Assembly (NCBI GenBank): GCA_038215155.1
Contig: JBBQRF010000001.1
Location: forward strand, 142,205 to 206,204
DNA: 64,000 nt
Origin: Minisyncoccia bacterium
GTDB lineage: Bacteria > Patescibacteriota > Minisyncoccia > Phycocordibacterales > CAJBRS01
Reading direction: 5' to 3'
The first letter of the stretch is position 1. Every line of letters starts with the position of its first letter. A program made the translations under genes and the position numbers. Below the pieces are notes generated by a model. It made no database searches and was not told the origin of the DNA. It was given only the letters and a program-made list of their open reading frames with translations. Shown piece by piece: positions 7,840-16,937 of this stretch.

Positions 7840-10800
7840 TAAGGTGTAGTGCTACTATCTGCAGGAGGAGGCGCGTCGGTGGCAGAAGGTGCGCTGACTG
7901 AAGAGGAATTTCCGGTTTCAGTTGGCGGAGTAGGAGTAGGAGTGGTATCTGGAGATGGATCAGCCGGTAGCTCAGAAGTTGGAGGTAAAACAGACGTTGA
8001 CGTTGCAGCAGGGGGCGTATTTATAATGACAGGAGGCGGAGGCGTTGATATGACGTTGGTAGTACTTGTAGCGTTTTCATCCAGACACTCTCCTGGATCC
8101 GTCTTCATTGCGCCATTTTGCATAGTGATGCAGTAGTACTTTCCGGTAATCTTATCTTTAATAGTAATACCCTCTTCCACTTTCACGTGCTTCACCGTCA
8201 ACCTCTCCACGAAGACATCTTTCAGATATGCAATGCCATCTACTACTTCGGCGCCAAAACTTTGAAGGGCGCCGAGAATCTCTCCCCCAATAGAGGTGTG
8301 GTTAGTAGAAAGATTAGTTAATGATTCAATAGAAGCCACTCTAATCTCAAGCTTTCCTAGTGCTTCAGTAGTCGAAGCACTGTGGGAGTCTAGTTTCTTA
8401 GAAAGAGCTTGAATACCAATAAGTGCTACGCCTGCTGGATCAATGGAGGAGATACTGGTGTCAGATCCTCCTAGGTGGAACTTTTCATAGAAATCTTGGG
8501 CTACGGGACCAATGTGAGTAATTCCAGAGTTTTCTGATTTGTAATTCCACTGTTGGATATTAAGGTTATTGATCTTGCCCAAGACTTCTTCCCCATTTAA
8601 ATCTGTGAAGTTCTCCTTGAGATTGCGGTCCGAGGCGTTGGTCCAGGTACCTCCGACTGATAGGCAGGCGCCGTTTGATGCCAAGACACTCTTGTCTCCA
8701 TTAATAGAGAGCCATCCGTTGCAGTATCCTATTTGAGAAGAAGAGGAGGTGGCGTTTGTGAGACAGGCGCCGAAGGCGGAGGCAAGACAGGCAGAGGCGG
8801 TGTTGAAGAAGCCGAATGCATTGGATGAGGTGCCGGAAGCACCATTAGTTAAACCTATTGCAGAGCTTTTGTATCCACTAGAACTATTACCTACACCGAA
8901 TGCGACCACACAAACTCCGGAAGAAGTGTTGAGGTACCCCGCAATCGAAGCTCCTAACCCACTAGCAGTATTAGCAATACCGAAGCTTGAACTTTTATAG
9001 CCGCTCGAGGTGTTAGTCATGCCAAAAGCAAAAGCACAATTATTAGAGACGGTGTTTTGATATCCAAAACCTCCCGACAAATTGCAACTGACATTATTGA
9101 GCCAACCGAAGGCATTCGAATTGGATCCTGAAGAAGTATTTTGAATACCGAAAGCCACACTAGCATTTCCACTTGAAATGTTAGATTTTCCATAAGCCAC
9201 AGCAAAGGTGGTGCTAGCAATGTTTGAGTATCCACCGACAGAACTGCCAGGACCGGAGGCGGTGTTGGAATAACCAAAACCTGAGCTGTAATCTCCTGAG
9301 GCGGTGTTGCCGTAGCCGAAGGCGGAAGATAAATTGCCCGAGGCAATATTTCTATAACCGAAAGCTGAAGCAAAACGGTTGCCACTAGCCGTGTTGCAAA
9401 GACCAAGGGCGGAGTTGTAACAACTACTAGCCGTGTTGCAAACGCCGAAGGCGGAGGAAAGGTTGCCGGAGACGGTGTTGAAGCGGCCGACGGCTGATGA
9501 GAAACCTCCAGTAGCACAATTTACAAATCCTACGGCAACGCTCCCATTCCCAGCAGTAAACCCGCTATTGTTCCCCAACCCAACCACCACGCTACCATTA
9601 AAAGCGGCATTGGCAGAATTATTTATACCGATAGCAATGTTGTTGTATCCTCCGATAGCGGCGTTGGCATTATTTCCTAAACCAAAAGCCATACTACAAA
9701 TGGCATTAGTTTGATTACACGCCCCGAATGCAGCTCCCAAACAACTACTAACGGTATTGCGGTAACCCGAGGCGGAGGAGCAGCTTCCCGAGACAGTATT
9801 GTATGCTCCGGAGGCAGAACTGCGATTATTTGAAGCAAGGTTACAAAAGCCAAATGCACTTGCGGCAGATCCGCTTGCTGTATTGCAAAAACCAAAACCC
9901 GAAGCCCCTCCACCAGAAGCCGTGTTTAAATAACCTGCAACGGAACTACTATCTCCAATTGCTCTATTACAAAACCCCACCGCCGATGCCCTGCAACCAG
10001 AAGCTGAATTATAAACTCCGCTTGCTGTGGAGTAATCTTGAGTAGCGCAATTTTGATAGCCAAATGTATTTGAAACGTACGAGGTAGAGCAATTACGCGT
10101 ACCTAGGGCTAATGATCCATAACCTGTTGCAAAACTACACCGACCAAATATGGCACTGTAATTACCTGAAGAAGTATTAGCTTCTCCGATCGCTATAGAA
10201 CTACAGGCGCTTGCAATGTTAGAGAAGCCAATAGCGTAGCTTCTATATCCACTTGCAGTATTGCAGGCTCCAACTGCAGAGGAGTACGATAGCAGTCCGC
10301 CATATCCTCCTATTCCCCCTGCTTTGTTGCAATAACCAAGAGCCGTTGATCCCGTACTTGTTGCTTGATTTCTAAATCCCACTGCACTAGCATTTACTCC
10401 AGTAGCTGAGTTCTGGAATCCCACCTCTATCGGATTCAAGTTATTAACATTGGCTGCAGTTGTGGATGAGAAATTAGAACAGAAGGTGTTAAAGTTCTGA
10501 TTAATATTATTGATCTGATTCTGTATATTCTGCACCTCGGCTTTACTGACTCCATCCATGTGACCGATGACTGATCCACCAGCGTAGGTAATGTAGTTGT
10601 TGGTGACTGGAATTGTACTTGGTTGATTGTTTGCGGTATAGATCTCTGCTTCAAGCTTGTCGTTGAGAGCTTTTAGTTTTTGATTGAGTAATGTCTCGGT
10701 GACTCCATTAACAATGGTGGTGTTGCGGATGACTGTCACAGGTCCCGAGCTTGGCGAGGGACCTGTTGGAGCAGAAGGTCCTCCACCTTGAGAGGTGTAA

Positions 10801-11258
10801 TTGTTAATGATGGTGGTAGTAGAGTAGGTAGAACGTGGCAGTGGTGGGGGTGGAGTAGTAGGTTGGATGACTTTAATGATTGGAGAAGGTGGAGTGGGTT
10901 TTTTGAATAGATCAAAGAAGGAAGAGATGATGTCTCCAATAGAACTAATGACGCTTCCAGTAAGGGATAGTGGTTTAATGAAAAGAGCGTTCGAGTTTAA
11001 AGCAAGCTGGCCATTTCGGAAGTGCGAAATGGCCAGGAATTTCTGGATATTCCCGGGTTTTAGATCAAGAGAGTTGTTGGCTATTCTCTTTAAAGGGGAG
11101 GGGGTGGTTTTTTCGCGTGGTGAAAGAGAGTTTTCGCTTCCCAGAGTGCGAAAAAGGAGGAAAATAGCTAGAGAAAGTAAGGTTAATTTAGAAAGAAGAC
11201 GTTTCATTGATCCCTCGTTAATGATGGGATTATTGTAGCATATTCTAGAGGGGTGCAA
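7839..11258 (-). CDS. giant surface fibre protein (1139 aa): ~50 Hep_Hag-like G(Y/F)xN(T/I)ASGxxSSAxG repeats plus C-terminal intramolecular chaperone (peptidase S74 / tail-fibre) domain and Pro/Thr-rich tail
   Basis: N-terminal signal. Motif WTNASDRNLKENF...GPVAQDF typical of endosialidase/tail-fibre chaperone domains. Coiled coil, a two-Cys domain (YYCITMQNGAMKTDPGEC), then a PT-rich tail. Confidence 0.7.
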   Translation of the reverse strand: MHPSRICYNNPIINEGSMKRLLSKLTLLSLAIFLLFRTLGSENSLSPREKTTPSPLKRIANNSLDLKPGNIQKFLAISHFRNGQLALNSNALFIKPLSLTGSVISSIGDIISSFFDLFKKPTPPSPIIKVIQPTTPPPPLPRSTYSTTTIINNYTSQGGGPSAPTGPSPSSGPVTVIRNTTIVNGVTETLLNQKLKALNDKLEAEIYTANNQPSTIPVTNNYITYAGGSVIGHMDGVSKAEVQNIQNQINNINQNFNTFCSNFSSTTAANVNNLNPIEVGFQNSATGVNASAVGFRNQATSTGSTALGYCNKAGGIGGYGGLLSYSSAVGACNTASGYRSYAIGFSNIASACSSIAIGEANTSSGNYSAIFGRCSFATGYGSLALGTRNCSTSYVSNTFGYQNCATQDYSTASGVYNSASGCRASAVGFCNRAIGDSSSVAGYLNTASGGGASGFGFCNTASGSAASAFGFCNLASNNRSSASGAYNTVSGSCSSASGYRNTVSSCLGAAFGACNQTNAICSMAFGLGNNANAAIGGYNNIAIGINNSANAAFNGSVVVGLGNNSGFTAGNGSVAVGFVNCATGGFSSAVGRFNTVSGNLSSAFGVCNTASSCYNSALGLCNTASGNRFASAFGYRNIASGNLSSAFGYGNTASGDYSSGFGYSNTASGPGSSVGGYSNIASTTFAVAYGKSNISSGNASVAFGIQNTSSGSNSNAFGWLNNVSCNLSGGFGYQNTVSNNCAFAFGMTNTSSGYKSSSFGIANTASGLGASIAGYLNTSSGVCVVAFGVGNSSSGYKSSAIGLTNGASGTSSNAFGFFNTASACLASAFGACLTNATSSSSQIGYCNGWLSINGDKSVLASNGACLSVGGTWTNASDRNLKENFTDLNGEEVLGKINNLNIQQWNYKSENSGITHIGPVAQDFYEKFHLGGSDTSISSIDPAGVALIGIQALSKKLDSHSASTTEALGKLEIRVASIESLTNLSTNHTSIGGEILGALQSFGAEVVDGIAYLKDVFVERLTVKHVKVEEGITIKDKITGKYYCITMQNGAMKTDPGECLDENATSTTNVISTPPPPVIINTPPAATSTSVLPPTSELPADPSPDTTPTPTPPTETGNSSSVSAPSATDAPPPADSSTTP

Positions 11259-11276
11259 GAAGATAAAAGAAGAAAA

Positions 11277-11930
11277 CTATCCTCCAAAGATGTCCATCTC
11301 GCTTAGAGGCTCAGCCTCTAAGCTCTTCCTTCGTTGAATATCCTTTATAGAATCCGAAGCAAATGATCTATAATCTTCCAGTGAGACAAACTGATCTAAA
11401 ATAACATTTTTTCCAATACAAATATCATTCGCCTCTATCTCCGACCTTTTATACTCTTCCCAGCTCGACACACTCAACTTAGAGGCTGAGCCTCTAAGGG
11501 TGTTATTTAAATTAATATAAGCGCTCAGATGAAGAAGATAGTGGTTAGAATCTATATGTTTGTTTTTATATCTTCCTTCAAAGAGACATCCGGTACGTTG
11601 ATATTTATCATTGAAATATCTGGTATAGCCGGTACTTACCCGATGCATGAATTTATTAACTCCTGAATCACTTATGGCCTTAACTAGAAAATGGTAGTGA
11701 TTGGAGTTAAGACAATATGATACAAATTCAACCAACTTAGAGGCTGAGCCTCTAAGTCCAGATCTGAAAGAGTTCACATGCAAACCTCCACCTGCGTATT
11801 CGGTATTAAAAATTATCATACTTTTAAAAAAACGCTTGAGATCGTTTGGGGCCATAAAAATATCCCGTTTATCAACACCTCGGTTATATATATGATAATA
11901 TTCCCCTTCTATAATTTTTATTTTCCTCAT
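11277..11930 (-). CDS. IS200/IS605-family Y1 (HUH) transposase, REP-associated tyrosine transposase (RAYT)-like
   Basis: YHIYNRGVDKRDIF, HUH motif NHYHFLV, catalytic Tyr region TGYTRYFNDKYQRTGCLFEGRYK, HYLLHLSAYINLN. The ORF contains three in-frame copies of a 21-nt palindrome, each translated as LRGSASK or SLEAEPLSE. Confidence 0.75.
   Translation of the reverse strand: MRKIKIIEGEYYHIYNRGVDKRDIFMAPNDLKRFFKSMIIFNTEYAGGGLHVNSFRSGLRGSASKLVEFVSYCLNSNHYHFLVKAISDSGVNKFMHRVSTGYTRYFNDKYQRTGCLFEGRYKNKHIDSNHYLLHLSAYINLNNTLRGSASKLSVSSWEEYKRSEIEANDICIGKNVILDQFVSLEDYRSFASDSIKDIQRRKSLEAEPLSEMDIFGG
11302..11322. repeat. 21-nt perfect palindrome cttagaggc(t/g)(c/a)gcctctaag, copy A (inside the 3' end of the transposase ORF)
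   Basis: Direct reading of the sequence. Confidence 0.9.
11478..11498. repeat. 21-nt palindrome copy B (inside the transposase ORF)
   Basis: Direct reading. Confidence 0.9.
11736..11756. repeat. 21-nt palindrome copy C (inside the transposase ORF)
   Basis: Direct reading. Confidence 0.9.
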
Positions 11931-11943
11931 ACTTAAGGGCCGA

Positions 11944-11964
11944 CTTAGAAGTTCAGCCTCTAAG
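11944..11964. repeat. degenerate palindrome copy D (cttagaagttcagcctctaag), 14 nt upstream of the transposase start
   Basis: Direct reading; 2 mismatches in the left arm. Confidence 0.7.
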
Positions 11965-12020
11965 TAAGATACAGAAACGTAATAAAGGAAAAATAAAAAT
12001 TAGATTAAATAGCTTCTTTA

Positions 12021-12065
12021 CTCAGTGCAGTACTTAGAGGCTCAGCCTCTAAGTACTGCACTGAG
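12021..12065. repeat. palindrome copy E embedded in a 45-nt perfect hairpin (ctcagtgcagta-[21-nt palindrome]-tactgcactgag)
   Basis: Direct reading. Confidence 0.9.
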
Positions 12066-12082
12066 TACCGTGTTAAGTAGAG

Positions 12083-12874
12083 CTATTTCCAAAAGTTGAG
12101 GTTCTCCAAGGGAGCAGCGAAGGCACCTAATACTTTTGGCCATTGAGGATCAATTGGTTCTACTTTGCTGCGAATGTCGTGAAGCCCTTTGAAACCATGG
12201 ACAGAGTCATCTTCCCAGGTCACTTGTTTTACATCCTCAAAATTATGTTTGAATGGCTTCTCATCTAAAAACTTGTAAATTTCTTCCATAGTCTTCTGCG
12301 GTTCTCGCGTCAGTTGTTCAAATTCTATAAAAAACATTCGATCTCGATATCCTCTATTAATAGCGTCGCGAATGCGAGAGTAAGCGAGACCTACTGGCTG
12401 ATCAACCTGCATCCAAACATCCACGCGCCCTTCCACTGTCTGAAATTTAAAATAATTGGCGGATTCTTGATTGATTTGTGTGGTACTGGAATTTGCTCGC
12501 CAAAGTTTTTCAAAGCTCGCAAGAATATCGCGGATGTCGCGCACTGGTACTAAAACTTTGGCTGGTCTTCCAATAACTGCTTCTGCCATTTCAATTAAGG
12601 AAAGCCAGCCCCGACATTTATCAAAGATTACTGGTTTTTCAATATCTTCGTAATAACTTTCTAGAATGCCGCGCATCACTCGCAGTAGCGCGGCGTCATT
12701 CGGCGCCGCTTGAAACTCCACTAGATTGTGCCATTGATTGCGCACACCAAACATTACATCCATGATGCCGCTCGTACCAGTAGTATGAAAGCGTGGATTT
12801 TGGGCCAGAATATTAGCAAGCAATGTTGACCCAGAACGAGGGAGGCCTGCAATAAAATGATAGGTCTTTTTCAT
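12083..12874 (-). CDS. sulfotransferase family protein
   Basis: N-terminal PAPS-binding P-loop-like GLPRSGSTLL (5'-PSB motif), size ~260 aa. Confidence 0.65.
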   Translation of the reverse strand: MKKTYHFIAGLPRSGSTLLANILAQNPRFHTTGTSGIMDVMFGVRNQWHNLVEFQAAPNDAALLRVMRGILESYYEDIEKPVIFDKCRGWLSLIEMAEAVIGRPAKVLVPVRDIRDILASFEKLWRANSSTTQINQESANYFKFQTVEGRVDVWMQVDQPVGLAYSRIRDAINRGYRDRMFFIEFEQLTREPQKTMEEIYKFLDEKPFKHNFEDVKQVTWEDDSVHGFKGLHDIRSKVEPIDPQWPKVLGAFAAPLENLNFWK

Positions 12875-12980
12875 CCTTCACATTATAACAGAGAGGAAAG
12901 AAAATATTTTAGCCGAAAAAACTAAGGATGACGCGGGCGTATAAAAATGTGTGGTATATGATTTCCATAATGATTAATTA

Positions 12981-15900
12981 TTAATTGGCAATTGAAACGG
13001 GGGCGTCTGGGGCGCTGATTGGTGCAGAGATAGTAGGAGCGGAGACGATGGGTGCTGCGATGGTTGGAACTGGAGTGACGACAGCTTCGACTGGGGCGGG
13101 ATTAGCAGGAGAGTTGCTTGGAGATGGAGCGACGCTCGCTGGTGCAACGTCTGGAGTAGGATCCGTTGGTGGAGTAACAGGAGGATGATCTATAGCACCA
13201 ATACCATCAACTGGTGAAGAGGTTGGGGCCGTTGCGACTGGAGGAGCGGATAAAGTTATAGTGTTGTTATTTGAATCGGTAGTAATAACTGAGTTAGTAG
13301 AAGTTGCGGTGGAATCAGGACACTCCCCTGCGTCACTTTTCATTTGACCATTCATAAAGTAGACACAAAGTGGTGCTCCAGTTCCCCGATCGTAGATAGT
13401 GAAGCCAGTTTTAGTAACGTCCTTGCCTTTAATGGTGAGATTCTGAGTAGTAAAGTGTTGAACAAAAACATTTTTCAGATATGAAATGCTGTCTACTATT
13501 TCAGATCCAAAGGATGTCAAAGTGCTGAAAAGTTCGGAGCCTAGACCCGCGCCTCCGGCGCCGCCCCCCATCCCCTCTTTCAATCCCTCTAAACTCTTCA
13601 CTCGAATATCAAGTGAAGCAAAAGCAGCGGTAGTAGAAGCATTTAAAACATCCTGTTTATTCATATAGTCAGTAGTGGATGCAGTGCTTGAAGCCAGGTT
13701 TTGATAAAGAGCCTTAACCGATGACATTAACAATCCATTAACGGAAACCTGATCAATTACATTTCCCCACATAAACTGTGGATCAACTTCGTCGGCAATA
13801 TATCCTAATCGTTTCTTAGCTAGCAGACTATCAGAACCATATCCTTCAACATCGTTCTTGTATCGGAAATAATGAAGAGGGGCGTCCAGGATTTTCTTCA
13901 AGCCATCATTATAGTCATCGTAATTTTCAATATCCTGCTTCGTCTCTCGTACAGAAGTTTGAGCTCCCACCACTACCCCAACGGTGTCCGTAGTCGTTGC
14001 CTGAAGAGGGTTAACTCTGACATTACCAGCGGAGTCTACCCACATAAATGTAGAGGTTCCGACTTTTCCAACAAATTGAAGAGCACCCGGACTAGCATTT
14101 GTCGCATTTGAGTTTCGCCCAAGGGTTAAGAATTGTCCTCCACTACCATTCCCTCGATCATAAGATGGTAAGACTAAGGAAGCGGTTCCTGAAGCGGCAG
14201 TGCTAAATTGCCCCGAATTTCCAATATCTAATAAGCGGGTAGGGGTAGAGGTGCCGATTCCAACCAAACCTCCGGCAGTGATATGTAAAACTGATGTTCC
14301 TGTGGATGAGGCAATGTCTAATATACCGTTTGCGCCCGCCAGACCCACCACCGAAAATCGGGAAGAACCAGTGCTTGTACCGATATTAATGACTCCATTC
14401 AAAGTATCTGCCACAAAAAGATGCGTGTTACCAGCCGACCCTTGAATTTGTAAAGCCGTCACAGAATCTGAGGTACTCTGAAAAGAAACAGGAGCACTTA
14501 CCACTCCTCTAAGTTGTACTCCGCCAATTTGGTATGACGTAAGAATTGCACCAGTTTGCAGTTGCACAGCATCAAGAAAGAAAGTTCGGCCTAAGGCATC
14601 TGTTTGTTCAATAAAAATATATGGGGTTCCGGAAATAGTACCGGAAGTAAATGTACAGGAAAATCTCTTCCATCCTCCCGTAACTACCGTAGTGTTGTTT
14701 AAAGTACAGGTTTGTTCATTTACTCCATCACTTGCTATCCCTGCTCTAATAGTAAAATTTGAGCTTGAGGCTTGGGCATAGAAAGATAAAGTGTATTGAG
14801 TAGCTGAAGACAAAGTATTTGTAAAAGCTGTGGTCTTAGCACCACTACTTGCTACAGCTGCATCAACAACTTGGAGCGAACTGATTCCGTGATACTTATT
14901 GGTAGTAACGCCAGTGATGGATCCAGATCCTAAGACTGGCGCCCATCCGTTTGTATTTGATTCAAACCCCGGATTATTCACTAAGTTAATAGTGCTTGTA
15001 TCTACCGTAAAGATAGGAGCACCCTGACTATTTTGGACCTGAAAAGCATTTGTGGTGTTTGTGGCAGTAAGAATACTTGCAGTTCCTACGACACTTAAAT
15101 TTTGCGAAGGAGTTGATGTTCCAATTCCAACATTTCCATTCTGTAGAACGGTTAAGAGAGAGATTCCTGTGGAGGAAGCAACGTTAAATGGATTTACTCC
15201 TGAGGATCCCTGAACGTTGAAGGTGAATGAAGAAGATGTGGCGTTAACTCCAGCTACAGTGGCGTTATCTAAAAATAATCCGGATGACAAAGTTGAAGCA
15301 CTGGTCCAGCGTGCTAGGAATCCATTTGTGCCTCCGGAAAGTGATCCTCCACCAATACCCAGAGTGGAGGTCGCTACCCACTGAGTGCCCGCCCCGTTTG
15401 TTTGCAAAACCATGCCATTAGTGCCGGCACTAGAATTTCTATCAAAAAATGTACCTGCAAGTGATAGCGCTCCACCAACCGAAAGGTTATTGGTGAAGGT
15501 GGAAGTGCCGGCACCGATTACAGTCGTCAGTCCGGTAAATAGGCCATTTCCGACAACGGAGAGAGCGGCCGTAGGAGACGATGTACCAATACCCACATTC
15601 GCCGTATTATTATTAAAAATATTGTTTCCGCTCTGAGTCCACACACTATTTAAAGTTGCTCCACTAAATGAAAGGCCGGTGCCCGGGGTGATCGCTGCTT
15701 GTTTACCATTAAAGGTACTCCAATCAGTTGCTGTTAGTAATCCCCTATTTGAGGCAGAGGCACTTGGCATATTAAAAGTGTGGATTGTCCCCGAAGAAAC
15801 AATGGAAAAATCTGTACCAGTAGTAGTGGTCGCAAAGGTTTGTGAAGATCCGCTAAGACCGTTAAGTGAAGTTATTCCCGATCCCCCACTAATTCCCAGA

Positions 15901-16784
15901 GTAGAGGTGGCAACCCAACGAGAAGATGTTCCTGTTGTTTGAAGCACCATACCCTGAGTTCCAATTGAGGAACTTCCATCGAAGAACCCTCCTGATAAAG
16001 AAAGTGCGCCACCAATGGATAGATTATTGTTGAAAGAAGATGTGCCAGCGCCGGAGACGGTGGTGATGCCGGTAAATAGTCCATTGCCAGCGACGGAAAA
16101 TTTTGTGCTGGGGGTGGTGGAACCAATCCCGACATTGCCGTTACTTAAAACACTGAAGACATTGGTGGCTCCACTGAAAAGATCGAAAACATTTCCCGTA
16201 CTATTTTGAGTGATGGAAAGTGCTGTTTGAGAAGATGAAGCGTTAATCGTTCCAGTTTGATCGGCTCGAACGTATTGCGTAGATGAAGCACCTCCAAGAT
16301 TATAAGATTCAATGGAGGCCGGTGTGGCGCCAAGGATTTTTCGTGGAGTCATTTCTGCATCGGATTCGATGGTGACACCAAGGTAAAGTGATTGGTTAAA
16401 ATTAACACCAGTAAATGGTGTGGTGGATCCGAGCATGATACTAAAGAGTCCACTTGTTACTTGAACCTTATTAGCTGCCGTATCACTCTCAGTCCAAATG
16501 GCCGCTCCCCCAGTGGAAACTGTGTAGAGTTTAAAAGTCATGTTATATAACCCGTCGGCCACTGCCACGTTAGAAGCGTTAGTTAATTTCCCTTGATAAT
16601 TGATCTGCTGGTTAATAGCAGCGTTTGCAATATTAAAATTAGCGCCAAAAATTGTAAAAAAAATACTCCCAGTAATAAGGAGTGTAAGTATGAGGGATCT
16701 TACGAGTGACTTATTAAGTTGTTTGTTAAATTTGCTTAACTGGACCATTTCAGAATCCCTCTGAAATCTATCCCCCTTGCTCAT
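12981..16784 (-). CDS. giant surface fibre protein (1267 aa) with internal ~190-aa repeats, CBM4/9-like domain and C-terminal intramolecular chaperone (S74-like) domain plus PT-rich tail
   Basis: Signal/TM LVRSLILTLLITGSIFFTIFGANFNIANA; repeated TTVSGAGTSSFNNNLSIGGALSLSGGFFD modules; NPGFE...GW carbohydrate-binding-like module; C-terminus paralogous to 7839..11258. The better start is probably the Met at 16748, which has GAGGGA 7 nt upstream. Confidence 0.7.
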   Translation of the reverse strand: MSKGDRFQRDSEMVQLSKFNKQLNKSLVRSLILTLLITGSIFFTIFGANFNIANAAINQQINYQGKLTNASNVAVADGLYNMTFKLYTVSTGGAAIWTESDTAANKVQVTSGLFSIMLGSTTPFTGVNFNQSLYLGVTIESDAEMTPRKILGATPASIESYNLGGASSTQYVRADQTGTINASSSQTALSITQNSTGNVFDLFSGATNVFSVLSNGNVGIGSTTPSTKFSVAGNGLFTGITTVSGAGTSSFNNNLSIGGALSLSGGFFDGSSSIGTQGMVLQTTGTSSRWVATSTLGISGGSGITSLNGLSGSSQTFATTTTGTDFSIVSSGTIHTFNMPSASASNRGLLTATDWSTFNGKQAAITPGTGLSFSGATLNSVWTQSGNNIFNNNTANVGIGTSSPTAALSVVGNGLFTGLTTVIGAGTSTFTNNLSVGGALSLAGTFFDRNSSAGTNGMVLQTNGAGTQWVATSTLGIGGGSLSGGTNGFLARWTSASTLSSGLFLDNATVAGVNATSSSFTFNVQGSSGVNPFNVASSTGISLLTVLQNGNVGIGTSTPSQNLSVVGTASILTATNTTNAFQVQNSQGAPIFTVDTSTINLVNNPGFESNTNGWAPVLGSGSITGVTTNKYHGISSLQVVDAAVASSGAKTTAFTNTLSSATQYTLSFYAQASSSNFTIRAGIASDGVNEQTCTLNNTTVVTGGWKRFSCTFTSGTISGTPYIFIEQTDALGRTFFLDAVQLQTGAILTSYQIGGVQLRGVVSAPVSFQSTSDSVTALQIQGSAGNTHLFVADTLNGVINIGTSTGSSRFSVVGLAGANGILDIASSTGTSVLHITAGGLVGIGTSTPTRLLDIGNSGQFSTAASGTASLVLPSYDRGNGSGGQFLTLGRNSNATNASPGALQFVGKVGTSTFMWVDSAGNVRVNPLQATTTDTVGVVVGAQTSVRETKQDIENYDDYNDGLKKILDAPLHYFRYKNDVEGYGSDSLLAKKRLGYIADEVDPQFMWGNVIDQVSVNGLLMSSVKALYQNLASSTASTTDYMNKQDVLNASTTAAFASLDIRVKSLEGLKEGMGGGAGGAGLGSELFSTLTSFGSEIVDSISYLKNVFVQHFTTQNLTIKGKDVTKTGFTIYDRGTGAPLCVYFMNGQMKSDAGECPDSTATSTNSVITTDSNNNTITLSAPPVATAPTSSPVDGIGAIDHPPVTPPTDPTPDVAPASVAPSPSNSPANPAPVEAVVTPVPTIAAPIVSAPTISAPISAPDAPVSIAN

Positions 16785-16937
16785 TTTGAAAGTCGGAGCA
16801 CGACTTAATCCCTCGTCTAAAATTATAGCTTAAGCAGATTTTTAAACAAGCACCTTGGGAGGACGGGCCGATAGAACTTTAAGGGAAAACGAGCTTGAAG
16901 AATAAGGCTGCTTTAGCAGGGTCGGAGTTATCCCCAC

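Noticed and set aside
7849-10939. Multiple 60-166 aa ORFs on both strands inside the 1139-aa fibre gene (7849..8136, 8118..8321, 8749..9000, 9017..9517, 9433..9714, 9677..9913, 9803..10045, 10436..10654, 10736..10939, 10867..11238)
   Set aside because: They are low-complexity translations of the repetitive Gly/Ser/Asn-coding DNA in alternative frames or antisense. The single long minus-strand ORF, with signal peptide and a recognisable C-terminal domain, explains the region
7839-11258. The highly periodic repeat structure could be mistaken for a CRISPR array or satellite
   Set aside because: The period is 36-39 nt with no spacer/repeat alternation. The repeats are in frame and encode the GYxNxASGxxSSAxG motif. 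No cas genes are present
12985-16333. Antisense and alternative-frame ORFs within the 1267-aa fibre gene (12985..13188, 13486..13668, 13872..14111, 14200..14445, 15385..15636, 15679..15942, 15872..16135, 16015..16209, 16145..16333)
   Set aside because: Same reasoning: repetitive Thr/Ser/Gly coding sequence gives open alternative frames. None has start context or domain content
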